Below, piece after piece: positions 50,601 to 63,268 of a stretch of 64,000 bases of DNA (positions within the stretch are counted from its first letter, which is position 1; the number at the start of each line of letters is the position of its first letter). The notes under the pieces are model-generated. The model ran no database searches and was not told where the DNA came from. It saw only the letters and a program-made list of their open reading frames with translations. Origin of the DNA: Azolla caroliniana (Eukaryota > Plantae > Polypodiophyta); contig JBHGNT010000010.1 of the NCBI GenBank assembly GCA_043228905.1, positions 806,001-870,000 on the forward strand, given 5' to 3'. Made by a program: the position numbers and the translations under genes.

Positions 50601-53099
50601 TATTCTTCTCCACTATGGTCATGTTTAGATGGGGACAATCCAAAATATATTGTGATGGGGGTAGTACATTTACACTTATGCCATGTGCCTCGAACCATTG
50701 TCGCATTTCAGACCACCAATAATGAACATCTCCATGTTCAACAAGTTGTTTTGATGACATAAGTGCTAACCTTTAGTACCGTCATTTAGGGAGCTCCCAA
50801 AGCCATTGGATACAGGTCACTGATCAGGATAATGCCTCGATGATTACAAGGGCTACTCCCATCTTTGCTCGGATTATATCATGGGGCACCAATGTTTTGC
50901 TCTCTATAATGTGGGCAATCATTGAGTCTAAAGGTTTCTCGAAATCTTTCCAGTTATTTGCCTTGTTAAGACTCAGTTCCCACGTTTCTACTCCATAGAG
51001 AAGAGTTGGTGTCATAAGTGTATCAAATAGCCACAGTTTAGTTCATGGCTCTTGGAATTGCAAATGTGCACATTGTCTTTCAAGAGCATCAAGGGTTGCA
51101 TATCCATGAGAAAGTCGGGCTCAAGCAGCCTCCATGAGGAGAACCTAGGCCTCGTGAATGTTACTTCTAGGTATGTGTAGAAGCATGTTTCTCTGCCAAG
51201 AAGAATTCTGGTTCTGATCTTGTTGCGCAAGCTTGAGTGGTGTTGAACACCATCACTTTAGTTTTATCCATGTTTGCGGACAAACCTTTGTCTGTACAAA
51301 ATACTTTTAAGGCGTTTAGATGTCTTAGTAGTTCCTTGAGAAAGTCGTGGATTAGCACAATATCATCAGCATATAGTAATATTTTGTATGGCGATACCTT
51401 CTAGGCATGCTCTCGAACCACCCCAAATCTCTCTATGTAATCTGATACCTCATCTCTATAGGGACTGAAGAGAGTGGGAGATAGTGGGCATCCTTGTTTT
51501 ACTCCAATTGTGCTAGCCACAACCCCTGACAAACCATTGGAGAGCACACTTTTCCCAACACAGACTCATATAGGCATAGATTCCCCATTGCATATCTATA
51601 GGGACACCAAGGACTTCTAGCTGTTGCATAAGCCAAGCATGCGGTAGAGAGTCAAAGGCTTTTCAGAAATCCAGAAAGCAACAATAAATCCTCTTATTAT
51701 GGGCTCTACCCTCCTTGATAAGGGCTTGGAGGGTCAATATGTGATCCAAAGTTGTGAACCGCTTTCGAAAGCCTGCCGGTCCAGCTGAATGGCAGCTATT
51801 TCACTCTGACCATATACTCAATTCTGATTCTAGGATTGAGCCATATAGTTTAGCCAAGTAATGGCCAATCATGATTTTCCTATGGTTGTTTAGCATCATG
51901 GCGTGTCCACTCTTGAGGATTGGCGCAATGGTATGTTCTGTCCATCTAGTAGGGAAACCTTCACACATCACTTTATTAAATATGCGTGCTAGCAATGGGA
52001 GCAAGATGTCACAGGCATAGATAGGGATCGACAACGGTTCGGTTTAGGCTTATCCAAGCCAAACTGGTTAAGCCTAAATCGTTTTAGGGTTCTCAAACCT
52101 AAACCAAACCAAACCAAACTTAGCCTAAACCGGTTTGGGAAACGACTTGTCAAATGGTTTGGAAACCTCTCTCTCTCTCTCACGATTCACTATGTAGCAT
52201 AGGTGTTCGTCAGCTATATCGTTCGTTTTCCTACGTTGCAAAACAAACACGAATGATATTCAAATATTCATGTGTGTTTTTTTCCCTCTTTTTCCCCTTT
52301 TTCCCCTTTTTCCCCCATTTCCTCTGCACATCAACGCTACGCTCTCCTCTCCTCTCCCATCTAACCTTGAACAATCTGCTGCTTGAACCTTGAGCTTGCA
52401 TCGTGCACACTAGTCACTAGTGAGTCAGTGACTACACATCTTCTCCCGGCCATTAATTTCTGCATACCAACGAGATTCACGTATGTTTAGGGTTAATAAT
52501 AGGGTTTAAAGTTGTTTAAACTTTAGGTCATAGTATGTACTATGTAATATGTGCTATGTAGTACAGAAATTTTTGTAATTGTTTTGTAATAATTTCTGTA
52601 TTTTTTTTGTAATTTTTGTAATTGTTTTGTAATTTCTGTAATTTCGTTGTAATTTTTGTAATTTTTTTTAAATTTCTGTGTGTTCTGTAATTTCTGCAAT
52701 TTCGTTGTAATTTCTTTATAATTTTTGTAATTTATATCATTTCTTTAATTTCTTTGTTATTAGAATTTACGAAAAAAAGCATATTGTTATGTAATAAGAA
52801 GGTAATGTGTTTTTTTTTCCAAATTTTAAAAAATTGTTTACCTTGAAAAAATATTTATCTTATAGTAGATAATTTACCCAAATCATTCTTCGAGGGTGTT
52901 TACCATTCTCGAACACGAATGCACGAATGGTACGTATGGTTCATACTATGCTATGTAGAATACAAGCTCCTTGATTTTTGGAAAAAAGAAGAAGAATACA
53001 GGCTCCTTGCCTCCCTCCCTCCCTCTCTCTCTCTCTCTCTCCCTCCCTCTCTCTCACGTTTGTGTAGTCTCTCTCCCTCTCTCTCTCTCATCTGTATAG

Positions 53100-53134
<35 letters not shown>

Positions 53135-54555
53135 GTTTGTGTAGTCTCCCTCCCTCTCTCTCTCTCTCAAGTTTCTAAACGGCTTAACCGGTTTGAGCAG
53201 GTTTGGCGAGGCTAGCCTCCCTCCTTTGTGTAGCCTCGCCAAACCGGTTAAGCCGTGTAGAAACTTGAGATAGAGAGAGAGAGAGAGGGAGGGAGACTAC
53301 AAAGACGAGGTTTGGCGAGGCTCAAGCCGAGCTGAGCTCAAACTGTTAACCAATGCCTTAAGCAGCTCAGCCATACCTCCGGTTGGGATGGGGGATTCAT
53401 CAAGCCCCCATCCCGAAGTAAGTGCGTGCGTGCGTGCGTGCCTACTTGGGCCAGCATGCACCTATTCTTTCTTTCTTTATCATCTTTATTTCCCAGATCT
53501 ACAAGGGTATCCCTCTTCTCACCTGCATCTTATTTTTTGGGTTAAGGCAGGCTAAAGCCTAAGCTGACCCTCTAAGCCGGTTTAGCCAAACGGTTTAGGC
53601 TTGAGCCGAGCCGTTGCTGGTTCCAATGATCGGTTACAATTTAGGAAGGTCAAGATCATGATGGATTGGTAGATGAGCACTTGATCTATGCCTAGGGATC
53701 TTACATTGTGGGGTTAAAAAGGTGGATTCATGTGGTCTTGAACCATGTTGGTGGGGGCTGCCCAGGGATATCATATAGTACCTTTGCATATTCATGCCAT
53801 ACCTGAGGTGAGGTCATTTGTGTGGTAGGTTACCTCATTAAACATTTTCCATGCTCTTTTACTCTTTTATCATTGGAACAAGTGATACCAACTATTTTGT
53901 ATGACTCTACCAAGTTTGGGTGCATTGCCTGTTTTGTGGGGAAAGGCATTTGTGGCTGATTTATACAATGACTTTGACAATCCTTGTGTACTTCATCTAG
54001 GGGTGTAACTGATCCAAATCTAACATTCCATACTCCAACTATACACGTCAATTGTCTCTCGAATAAATTGGTATTAAACCAGTTCACTCTCATTCTTAGC
54101 ATATACATCCCTTGTGCATCCATCTTGACCTGAGCATAGATATGCATGATCTGCTGCGAAGGTAATTGATCTATCAGATATAGTGAACTCTGTTATTTGA
54201 GGTATAAGAGGTGGAGATCCCATCAGGTAATCGACTGTGCTGGCACCACCTTTTGGGTTCCAACATGCCGAACCATCTGATCTGAGCAATTGTGGCAATC
54301 CATTATATATCTCAAATCCGTCACTTCCCAAGGCTAGAAAATGTTTGCCATATTCCGTTACTTCACACATATCTTGAGCTTGTCTCTTTAGATCAACCTC
54401 TTCTGCCAAAATATTAATGTCTTTTTTTAAGAGGCTAAAATGGTCTTTAAGACCAAACCATAGACTTCGTCTTCAACTAAAATAATGGTAACTAGGTAAA
54501 TAAAATAAAACATGACTTAAGAATCTCGTTATCGATACATGTAAGATTCTCAGGT

Positions 54556-54606
<51 letters not shown>

Positions 54607-56098
54607 CAAATGGGTGTAGCTCAGTTAAGGTTGCCCAATGGAGTCCAGGAGGTCATGGGTTCAACCCCTACACTCCTCAGTGGCATTTAGTAAACTAAGA
54701 GATATGTATGTGAGTAATAGAGATATGAGAAAAACTGGGTTTTGAACCCAAGATGTGGTGCTAGTAGTGTAACAACTTCCAACTAGGGTAAGCTAATTAC
54801 CATAGAGAGATGAATAGATAGCTAGATAGATTCTTATCGTCTTCGTAGGTCAAATATGACCTATGAGAGAGAGTTCTTCGGATTATTTTAAATATGTGTA
54901 TTTTGTTGATTAGGTGGAAGGGCAACTGGTAAAAGGAAACAATTTTCCCATTATTGTTGCAGACAAGACAGTTTGTGATGATGTTGGCATATTAGAGGAA
55001 GAATTCACGAGAAATCTTGGTAATGGTGTTATGGGAGGACCCAACAAAGCAGCAGCTGATATTACTCACTTTTTATACGAGTTTGGTTGGCTTTTACACC
55101 GAAATAAATGGAAGTTACATTACATGGATTCAGGACTACACAACTTTTCGTCGGAGAGATACCAATGGTTGTTACGGTTTTCTGTGGAACGAGGCTATTG
55201 TGCTATAGTAAAGAATATCTTGGATATTCTTTTCTGTACAAACCATGAGTCGACAGAGCATGTAAATGCAAAGGCCCATAAGATTCTATCTGAAACTAAC
55301 CTACTGCATATTGCTGTTAAAAATAACTCAAGGAACATGGTGGAATGCCTGCTGGCATATAATTCTACAACCTCTGTTCCTGATGATCAACAAAGATATA
55401 TTTTCAGGCCTGATACACCCAGCCATGGTGGACTCACCCCTCTTCATGTTGCAGCTAGCATGCATTCTGGTGATGAAGTTCTTGATGCACTCACAAACAC
55501 TCCAGAAGAGGTATGTCGATCTTGTAATCTTGCTCAAAGTGATTTTATGTTGCTATAACTGATTGTGGTAGTTTTTTAACTTGCTAGAATTGATTGTGGT
55601 CTCACTTGAATGAATGCTAAATTTGTTGTACCAATGCAGCTCTGGGCAAAAGCATGGACAAGTGCAAAAGATTGTGGTGGGCAGACTCCTTTGATGTATG
55701 CATTAGCCGCAGGCCGTAAGAACTCTATAAAATTGATCCAACAAAAGCTGGGAAATAGAGAATGTAAACGAAAAGAAGAAACTGAAAGAGCCCCACAACA
55801 TGTAGCCCTGAATGTTGATGGAGATAACAACATAAACTCATCTTCACCAAGGAGTACATTATTCACCAATAAAATACATGCATATACTTGCAGAGGCAGA
55901 GACCTACTTCTAACGCAAAACCTTCCTCTTCGGATTCGTGGTTTAAATACTGGATCCTTGTATCGCCCCTTCATGTTGTCGATGCTTACCGTTGCAGCTG
56001 TGTGTGTATGCGTAGGTGTACTGATGAAGGGCCCTCCGAGTGTTAACTTTGTCCCAGGTCCATTTGTATGGGAATCCATTAGGTACGGTCCCAAGTAA
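44666..56098 (+). CDS. SPL: Large SQUAMOSA promoter-binding protein-like factor (SPL1/12/14-type: SBP domain, IRPGC motif, ankyrin repeats, C-terminal TM), about 1090 aa, 10 exons
   Basis: Exons 44666-45345, 45651-45823, 46287-47035, 47616-47690, 47798-47905, 48020-48137, 48208-48343, 48462-48639, 54914-55510 and 55640-56098, phases consistent. SBP domain [43 protein letters not shown] (C3H first finger, so not SPL7-type). Also [19 protein letters not shown] and [19 protein letters not shown]. The start could instead be ATG 44684. Confidence 0.94.
47229..47536. mobile_element. 308-bp foldback (palindromic) insertion in SPL intron 3
   Basis: Arms 47229-47372 and 47392-47536 are reverse complements with about 8 differences. 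Ends are TGTTA...TAACA and the flanking direct repeat TGACC is at 47224-47228 and 47537-47541. Confidence 0.93.
49114..49532 (+). mobile_element. Solo LTR (419 bp) in SPL intron 8, termini related to the Copia at 18352-21800
   Basis: Starts tgttgagaatcaatctcaact and ends gattctttaca, like the Copia LTR in sense orientation (tgttgagaatcaaactcaact...gattctttaca). TSD CGATT at 49109-49113 and 49533-49537. Confidence 0.88.
49710..54420 (-). mobile_element. Decayed 5'-truncated RTEX-like LINE in SPL intron 8, interrupted by a hAT element
   Basis: APE piece [12 protein letters not shown]; RT pieces [36 protein letters not shown] and LYADDIVL; C-terminal [15 protein letters not shown]. There are many stops. 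(CTAT)-like repeats mark the 3' end at about 49710-49790. Confidence 0.88.
52022..53700. mobile_element. Non-autonomous hAT element (about 1.6 kb) with its right terminus rearranged by a micro-inversion
   Basis: The left TIR TAGGGATCGACAACGGTTCGG follows the 8-mer GGCATAGA (52014-52021). The right TIR body ccgagccgttgct is at 53606-53618. Its last 8 nt and the TSD occur inverted as tctatgcc-tagggatc at 53685-53700. Subterminal aaaccg/cggttt/aagcc motifs are repeated. Confidence 0.88.
54554..54606. repeat. (GT)n(GA)n compound microsatellite
   Basis: Read directly. Confidence 0.9.
54612..54800. mobile_element. tRNA-derived SINE-like heads: one on + (54612-54676) and a weaker one on - (about 54736-54795)
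   Basis: The + copy has A-box-like tagctcagttaagg and B-box-like gggttcaaccc, with gtgtag...ctacac pairing. The - copy has ctagttgg...gggttcaaaaccc. No proper anticodon arm is visible. Confidence 0.5.
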
Positions 56099-57189
56099 GA
56101 AATTAGTTTCATCCAAAAGGAATATCCTTATGTTGGGCACTTCTGAGCTTGTATGTGCTCTCGTACTATGCTCTCCGCAATTGTTGTTGGACAATATAGG
56201 TGGGTGGGCGTGTATTTTGTTTCAAAATGTACTTCTCTATTTTTCCCACCTCACCAACTTCATATCACGGAGAGAACAAATTATTACCTCGACGAATAAA
56301 CTCAACGGTGTTTTAAGGCAAATGAATGCTCGATAAACACTTGACGTTAAGTCAAGTAGGTTCAAATAATGTATTATTTTACGACTTATTCTCAAGGGAC
56401 ATTTGTTGTTATGTTCCTACTTATGCAGAGGGAGAATACCTACAAATGTATGATGGGTCAATGTTGGCTTTAAGCATATGTAATGCGACATGGTCACCAT
56501 TGGTTATGTTATTGCTATCTATAGGTGTAAAATGAGTTCAATGGTCATGCTAAGAGTCTTTTCATGTAATTAGTATAATAAATAGATGAGTACTATAAAA
56601 TGAACACTTGGCTCAACACTTCATCGTTTTGTGCAAAACCAGACTCGGCAAGGGCAATTAGGACGCTCTTAATACAAAACCTTGGGATTGGACAATAACT
56701 AAAACATGTTTGTATGTTTTGAAAGGGTTTCCTAGAGTCTAGAAGTTTCATCAAACTCTAATTTAGAAGGTCATGTTGCATGATCTATGAGCTTATGCAT
56801 TAGCTCAATTAATCCTAGCAACTTGTTGCATGAACAAAATCAACATATAAAAGAAAAACTTGAATATTGAAAGAACTAGTGACCCATACATTGCCTACTA
56901 TAATTCAATGCGACCTTTTTGCACTTGCACATGCATTATGATAGTGCAATTTTTTCCCCATTTATATCATGTGTAACAAGCTTTTACCAAAGTAATTGGC
57001 TAGATGAATGGCCTATCCCATTAGTTAATGAAATGAGATTCAAATTTCAAATTTAGCTATATTAAGTGAGCCTAAAAATATTGAGAATTATGTTCGTCTT
57101 TTGGGCATTGATTTAATCGAACGGAACAACCATTCGTCTACAAAACTCTACCTAATCAGCAATGAAACCTAGTGATGGGAATTAGATGT

Positions 57190-60100
57190 TCGTAAAGAAG
57201 GCCATCGCGCCTTTTACCGAGACGGGCGAGTGATCATAAATGATCGTACTACTAACTGACGGCGTGTGGCCCATGTGACAGAAAATGCACTTAGGATGAC
57301 CCTATGGAATTGTAATGGCGCACTCTGGGCACACCCCGGCCGCCTAGAGGAGATACTAAAGGTATCTGATATACTTTTCTTGGTAGAAACACATCAGAGC
57401 CCAAATAGAGGACTCCCACGGGTCGAAGGATTCCGTTGGGAGTCCGCTTTTAGACAAACCTCACGTCGACACACTACTAGGGGATCTGGAGGTGTCGTGA
57501 TACTATTTCGTAGAGAGCTACATAATAGGATAGAAATAATGAAGATAGACCCAGAAGCTTGTTTTATGTGGGTGAAAGTCTCCACAAGCAAAGACCATGT
57601 AGTATTTTTCGCCATTTGTTACTTTCCCCCAAAAGGATCTCGTTATAATATTAGTGGCTTGACGAGATTAGTCGATGAAGGAATGCCACATGAGCCTTCT
57701 CCATACGAACCCCTATCGGATGACATAATCCGATATTCTTCCCAAGGAGAAGTATTTCTTGTAGGAGACTTCAATGCGAGAACCCAATCCCGACAATGCA
57801 CAGTATTTCAGATGAATAGAAACCTAGAAATGGTAAATGTTGATCCTTTAGACATAGGCACCACACGTAGATCAAAGGATCAAGGTGCAGACGCCACGAG
57901 CTTTGGCCATCATTTGCTCGAACTTGGCAGTCGGCACCAGATGGTCATATATAATGGTTTAGCTAAGTGGCCGGGCTCGGAAGAGCTCACATGTTTCCCA
58001 CATGGAGGAGGGGAAAGCACAGTTGACTATCTAATAGGGCGCCCGGAAGCTACCCACATGATTAACTCCTTCTTAGTGGCCCCATGCCCTATTGGCGCAG
58101 ACCATAGCTTCTTATACTTCGAGCTAAAATGTGATATCTCTAAGGTCACCAAGTCTAGTCAACCATGCCATCACACCACAATACATTTCACACATGAGCT
58201 CTCTGACATATACTCTCAACATGTTCAGGCCCATCTCCCCTCCATTGATCCCTCTCTACCGTTAGAAAGCCTTAGTACAAAACTCACACACATCCTTCAC
58301 TCCGCAGCAGCTAGCAGTTTCCCATATACAAAACACTCAAATCAAGGTAGATCAGGATCAATGCCACAAAATAAATGGTATGACGAGGATTGTAGGGACC
58401 TACATAGACAACTTACAGTATCGCAACTCAATGGTAGTATTACCTCCACACAAGCTCGCAAAGAAATGCGTAAGATGACACGTCGTAAGAGACGAGCGTG
58501 GGAGGCATCCCAATACTGGGAACTATACCATATGCTCATGAGTAGCGATTGCGCCACGGCATGGAAGAGACTACGAGAGCCAAGACCACAAACACCCTCG
58601 AAGATCCCGAAACTTGGCACACATATACAAAGAGACTTTACCAAATCCCAAACCAACCACCTTTTCCAATGCCTTCCACACCCCGGCCTACCACAGGGAC
58701 ACTTTTCACGACCTCTAGGGTCATGAAGGTCATAAAGAAATTACAACATAGGAAGTCCATGGACCACACAGGATTGCGAGCAGAACACGTTATATATGCG
58801 AGAGAGTGCCTAGCTCCCTTGCTAACTCCAATCTTCAATCGTGCCCTTGCGGAGGGTTTTCCACCACAGTGGACTATGAATACAGTGACCCCCATACATA
58901 AAGGGGGGGACCCCATGGACCCAAATACATATAGGACCATTATGATAGGCCATACCCTTGCTAAGTTATATGGTGCAGTAATGGAAGCAGAGCTTAGCGA
59001 CTACATGGAGACCCTAAACCTTCGTGCACCTGAACAAGCTGACTATAGACGAGCCTTCTCCACTATTGATCACATCTTCACACTTAGATGCCTAATTGAC
59101 CAAACTAGGGCTCGCAAGAAGAGATTATATTGTTGTTTTGTGGACTTCCGCAAAGCCTTTGACACAGTCCCTAGAGATCGGTTGTTTGATAGACTTAAAA
59201 GCTTGAGGATACCAGATGATATGGTATGGGCCATCTACGCACTATATGAACAAGTGTCCGGGTGTGTCCAATGCCCAGGTGGCCTATCCAATCGTTTCAC
59301 TAGCACTATTGGTGTAAAACAAGGTTGCCCCCTATCACCGATGCTTTTTGGGATCTACATTGATGAGATCACAAATTTTATTGCTCGTGAGGGAGGCACC
59401 GGAGTGGTCCTTGGGGATACGCAAGTTCATATCTTGCTCTATGCGGATGACATAGTTTTGCTCTCTGAATCCGAACACGACCTACAGAGGCACCTCACTG
59501 CCTTAGATGACTTTTGTGTACAACGAGGATTGGTAGTGAATCTAGGGAAAACGAAAGTCCTTATCTTCCACACATCGGCCCAAGTTAGAGCTAAGTGTCA
59601 CCTAACTATCTCCCATAGCCCAATCGAGGTGGTTGGATCGTACGTATATCTCGGAGTCACTTTTAGTGCCCGCTCAGGTAAATTTTCGATGACACAGGCA
59701 GCAAAGGATAGACTCACGAGAGGACATGCATCCCTCTCACTCCTAGAGTGACAATGCCACCAAGCACACTTTCAAGAGCCACGGACTAAAGGGTGGCTCT
59801 TTGACTCATTAGTGACCCCCTCCCTCATGTATGCATCAGCGGTTTGGGCTCCAGGATTACCATCCTTCATGTGGACGCAATTAGAGAGACCATTGGTGAT
59901 GATGCTATCACGCCAACTCCAAAGCAAATCGACTGTACCACATGACATTATTAGGGCCGAGTTCACGTTACCCCCAATGCTAGTAGAGGCACTTTTTCAA
60001 CTTGTAGTCTTTATTAATAGGATACATAGCCAACCACATGATAGAATATCTCATCAAGCCTTTAAGGCCTCTCGATCATTGTATGAGTCCGGCTATACTA

Positions 60101-61208
60101 GCTCATGGTATGGCATGATGGTGACTTGGCTTCTTGCGAATGGTCTAGACATTAATAACCTACCTCCCCTTAGGTACAACCACACGAGTGATAACACCTT
60201 AATCTCTCATGAGAACCGCAATAAAGTAATACACCAAGAAATATGGCAAATTTACACTCGGTGTAAATGGATCACCCCACTAGAGCCACTCCCATCTAAA
60301 ATGTCGTACTATAAGAAACACTTCATGCACTTCTCTGAGTTAGGTTTTATCACGCGGCCAAAATATCTAGATGTATTCTTACCACATGCACTAAGGGTTG
60401 CCATTGGACAACTTAGAATATCATCTCACCAACTTGAGATTGAAAATGGCCGTACTAGTGGAGTCCCTAGGGAGGAAAGGATATGTAGGTTATGTCACAT
60501 AGAGATAGAGGATGAGTACCACTTTACATGCAAGTGTCCAACCTATGCCGAGATAAGGGCAAAATACCAAGACATACTTGGTCCGTCTCCCACCCTCCCC
60601 AAACTATTAGATACTCTAGATATAAAGAAATTAGGCAAATACATTCTAGAGCTAAAACAACACAGAGAGAATAAATTACAAAATGTTGACAATAATGTTG
60701 CTAATGATCACGAACATGTAACAAATGCAGTTTTTCAGGAACCTGAGGAGACAACGAATGCCGACACACTTGCACCACTCGGCCTTTCCATTGATGAGGC
60801 AGAAAACCAGAGAAGAACCAGACGTCCTCGGGTGCCGGGTTTCAAAGCAACTCAACGTGATGTGGAAGCAATATTGAAAATACGGGAACGTGAGCTACAC
60901 CGCCTAGAAGCCATGGCTAGGGCACTCTCTACATTGGAACCCACATCAAGACCCTTTGACCCCCCACTTCTTTTCGAGAGGCTTGGGTGGAAATAAAATT
61001 AGGCTTAGTGTATAGTCACTTTCGAGTATACTACATATTGTACACTACTAGAACTCTTTTAGTTTAAGTTCTATTTTTTTTACTTAATTTTATTTTCAGT
61101 TATGATGACTGGATAAATACTCTATTGTTGTAAACCAATTGTCTCATGGGCCAAATTTGGCCTTAGAAGACGTTAATACATCTTTCTTTCTTTCTCTCTC
61201 TCTCTCTC
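57190..61208 (+). mobile_element. Young RTEX-like LINE: end of ORF1, near-complete ORF2 (APE endonuclease, RT, C-terminal zinc motif), 3'UTR, microsatellite tail
   Basis: ORF1 tail RKEGHRAFYRDGRVIIND* ends at 57259. ORF2 motifs TLWNCNG, LVETH, VGDFNAR, TVDY, ADH; [27 protein letters not shown]; LRISSHQLEIENGR..REERICRLC..EDEYHFTCKC. There is one frameshift near 58595-58597 and one in-frame TGA at 59749-59751, with the stop at 60996 and a (TCTT)n(TC)n tail to about 61208. No TSD was found, and the clade call rests on recalled motifs. Confidence 0.93.
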
Positions 61209-61759
61209 TAGCATCATCATCACTTTGATGTGATTGGACATGCTACAACCTCATGCACTCTAAAACAACCCGGGTGACCCGTCGTCCTCGGCTGGAGGAT
61301 CACCGTACAAACTTGGCCCCCATCATTCATTCCGCAGTGTAAATGGAACGGAGGATGATGAAATCGGGTGGTTCTCGCCCCCACTGTATAACTGGTCAAT
61401 GCTTGGATGGAGGACCTGGCCGATGCGTCGATTAGAGTATGGAAAGAAGCAGAGTGACAGTGACGGACATAAGGCAGGTTGTTGTTTGTTGGGGCTCCTA
61501 ATTATTAGAGGCTAGAGCAGTGGTTTAAAAAACAAGATTAAAGAAGAACAGGCGATCGATGATGATGGTGCTTTCTTTTGTACTGAAGAGAGCAGCGGCA
61601 GCAGGAGAAGGAGAAGGAGAAGGAGAAGGTGAAGGTGAAGGAGAAGGAGGTACAGACGTTCCCGCCAATCCCTGAGCCAAAACGAAAAATGCAGGCGCAG
61701 CAGCGAAGATGATCGCCATCCTCTCCTTCCAACTTCTTCTGCGGTGAAACTCCATCGCC

Positions 61760-63268
61760 ATGCTGAATGCATTACGTCTTCTGTCGTTCCTCCTCCTCCT
61801 CCTCCTCCTCCTCTGTATCTGCTGCTCCTTGCTGCTCCCGCAAAGCCATGGCATACCTCAAGGCCCGCATATCAACAATCTGAACGTCCTTCTTCCTCCG
61901 AGAACAACCCATCCCGTTCGATTTCGCCTGCAAGGTTCTGGTGGATGCTTCACCTGGTATGGTTTTCTTGTTCGCCTCTCTTCGCTTTCCTGGATGATAA
62001 TGTATCCGAGTAGCGCTTTGCACGGCACTTGAAGAGTTCTTTTGTGGGATAAGTGATAAGATTTTTTAAACATTTAATGATTTTGTTTCAGGTGTTGTAG
62101 TTTATCTGAAATGATACGCATTTTGTGATTTTTTTTGACTGGATTATGTATGTGAGAGGAACGTCACTGAGCATTGTACGAGTTCTTTATGGAATGTTTA
62201 ATAAGTTTATTGCAAGATTGAAGCTTCTTTCAGCCATGCTAATCTATCTGAATTAGTATGCCTTTTTTGTAATTTACTGAATGTATGATGATCTAAGAAA
62301 ATCTTCACAGAGCACTTTAGAGTTTGTTTATTAGTTGTTTGGTCAAATCATGGTAGTTTGTGTGGCTGCTACACACGAATAACTAAATTATTCATAATGC
62401 ATTTATTTTCTTTGTAATATGTCTGAAAAACACTTCACGAAGGAGCCCATTGTTGGATACTCGATGAGGTTATTGCAAAATTTGAAGGTTCACAAGTATT
62501 CAGAGTACATCACAGGAGTTCTTCATTGAATATTTGATAATGTTGCTGAAAAATGTAAATTTTTGCTTCTTGGATGGTAGTTTACATGGCTGATAGACAT
62601 GGTAGCTCAAAGTATTCAGAGAGCATTGCAGGGGTTCGTTATTGGATATTTGGTGAGATCATTGCCAAAATGATCTCATATGGTAGTTACCCTGACAGTA
62701 GGCATGAGAAGTTAGTGAATCTTTTATCTGACAAAATAAGCATAATTTACTGCATCTTTCTGGAACTCTTTACTGGTTATTTGGTAAAATAATAGTAAAT
62801 CTTGAAAGCTTTGTGCCCAGTGTCTTAATTTACGTAGTGAATAAAAGTTTTCAATATTTGCAACTCACTTAACAAATATCCAACAAAGAACTACTTTCTA
62901 GGCTGTTCCTCTGAGGATGAGCTGTTATCTGGAAAATTGCTGGTTTCTTCTATAGAATGTTAAAATCTGTGCATAACCTATTGCTTTTCAAATTCTATCC
63001 AGGCTGTGGGATCATCATGATCTTATCCATGTCGAACCCGAGTTTGGTGGTACTGAAAGCTGTTCAGAAAATGCAGTGATCACCTCGATAGCTTCTTATA
63101 CCGGACGAAGAGCAACAGCTGTTTATGCTAGGGATACTGTAACTGGCCAAGTGATTAGATGCGAAGTCTTTATTGACAAAGTTTCTAGCATAAAAATTTC
63201 TCATCATTCCCTCAAGCTTGATCTGGATGGTCTTGCCACATTACGCATACATGGGTTCGATGTGGAAG
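61760..63268 (+). CDS. GP210: Nuclear pore membrane glycoprotein GP210/NUP210, first two exons (gene continues beyond the window)
   Basis: Exon 61760-61956 encodes a signal peptide plus GPHINNLNVLLPP..PVRFRLQGSGGCFTW. Exon 63003-63268 encodes LWDHHDLIHVEPEF..YTGRRATAVYARD..GQVIRCEVFID..LKLDLDGLATLRIHGFD. Both match the recalled plant GP210 N-terminus. Confidence 0.92.

Noticed and set aside
54612-54676. Functional tRNA gene
   Set aside because: It is too short and the D and anticodon arms do not form, so it is kept only as SINE-like.
58549-59812. Programmed frameshift or stop readthrough in LINE ORF2
   Set aside because: There is no slippery heptamer at the break, and the TGA aligns to Arg in the paralog. 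Simple inactivating mutations or a sequencing error explain both.
61512-62073. Minus-strand ORFs with SP repeats overlapping the GP210 start
   Set aside because: They derive from (GAAGGA)n and (CCT)n repeats in the GP210 leader and signal peptide.
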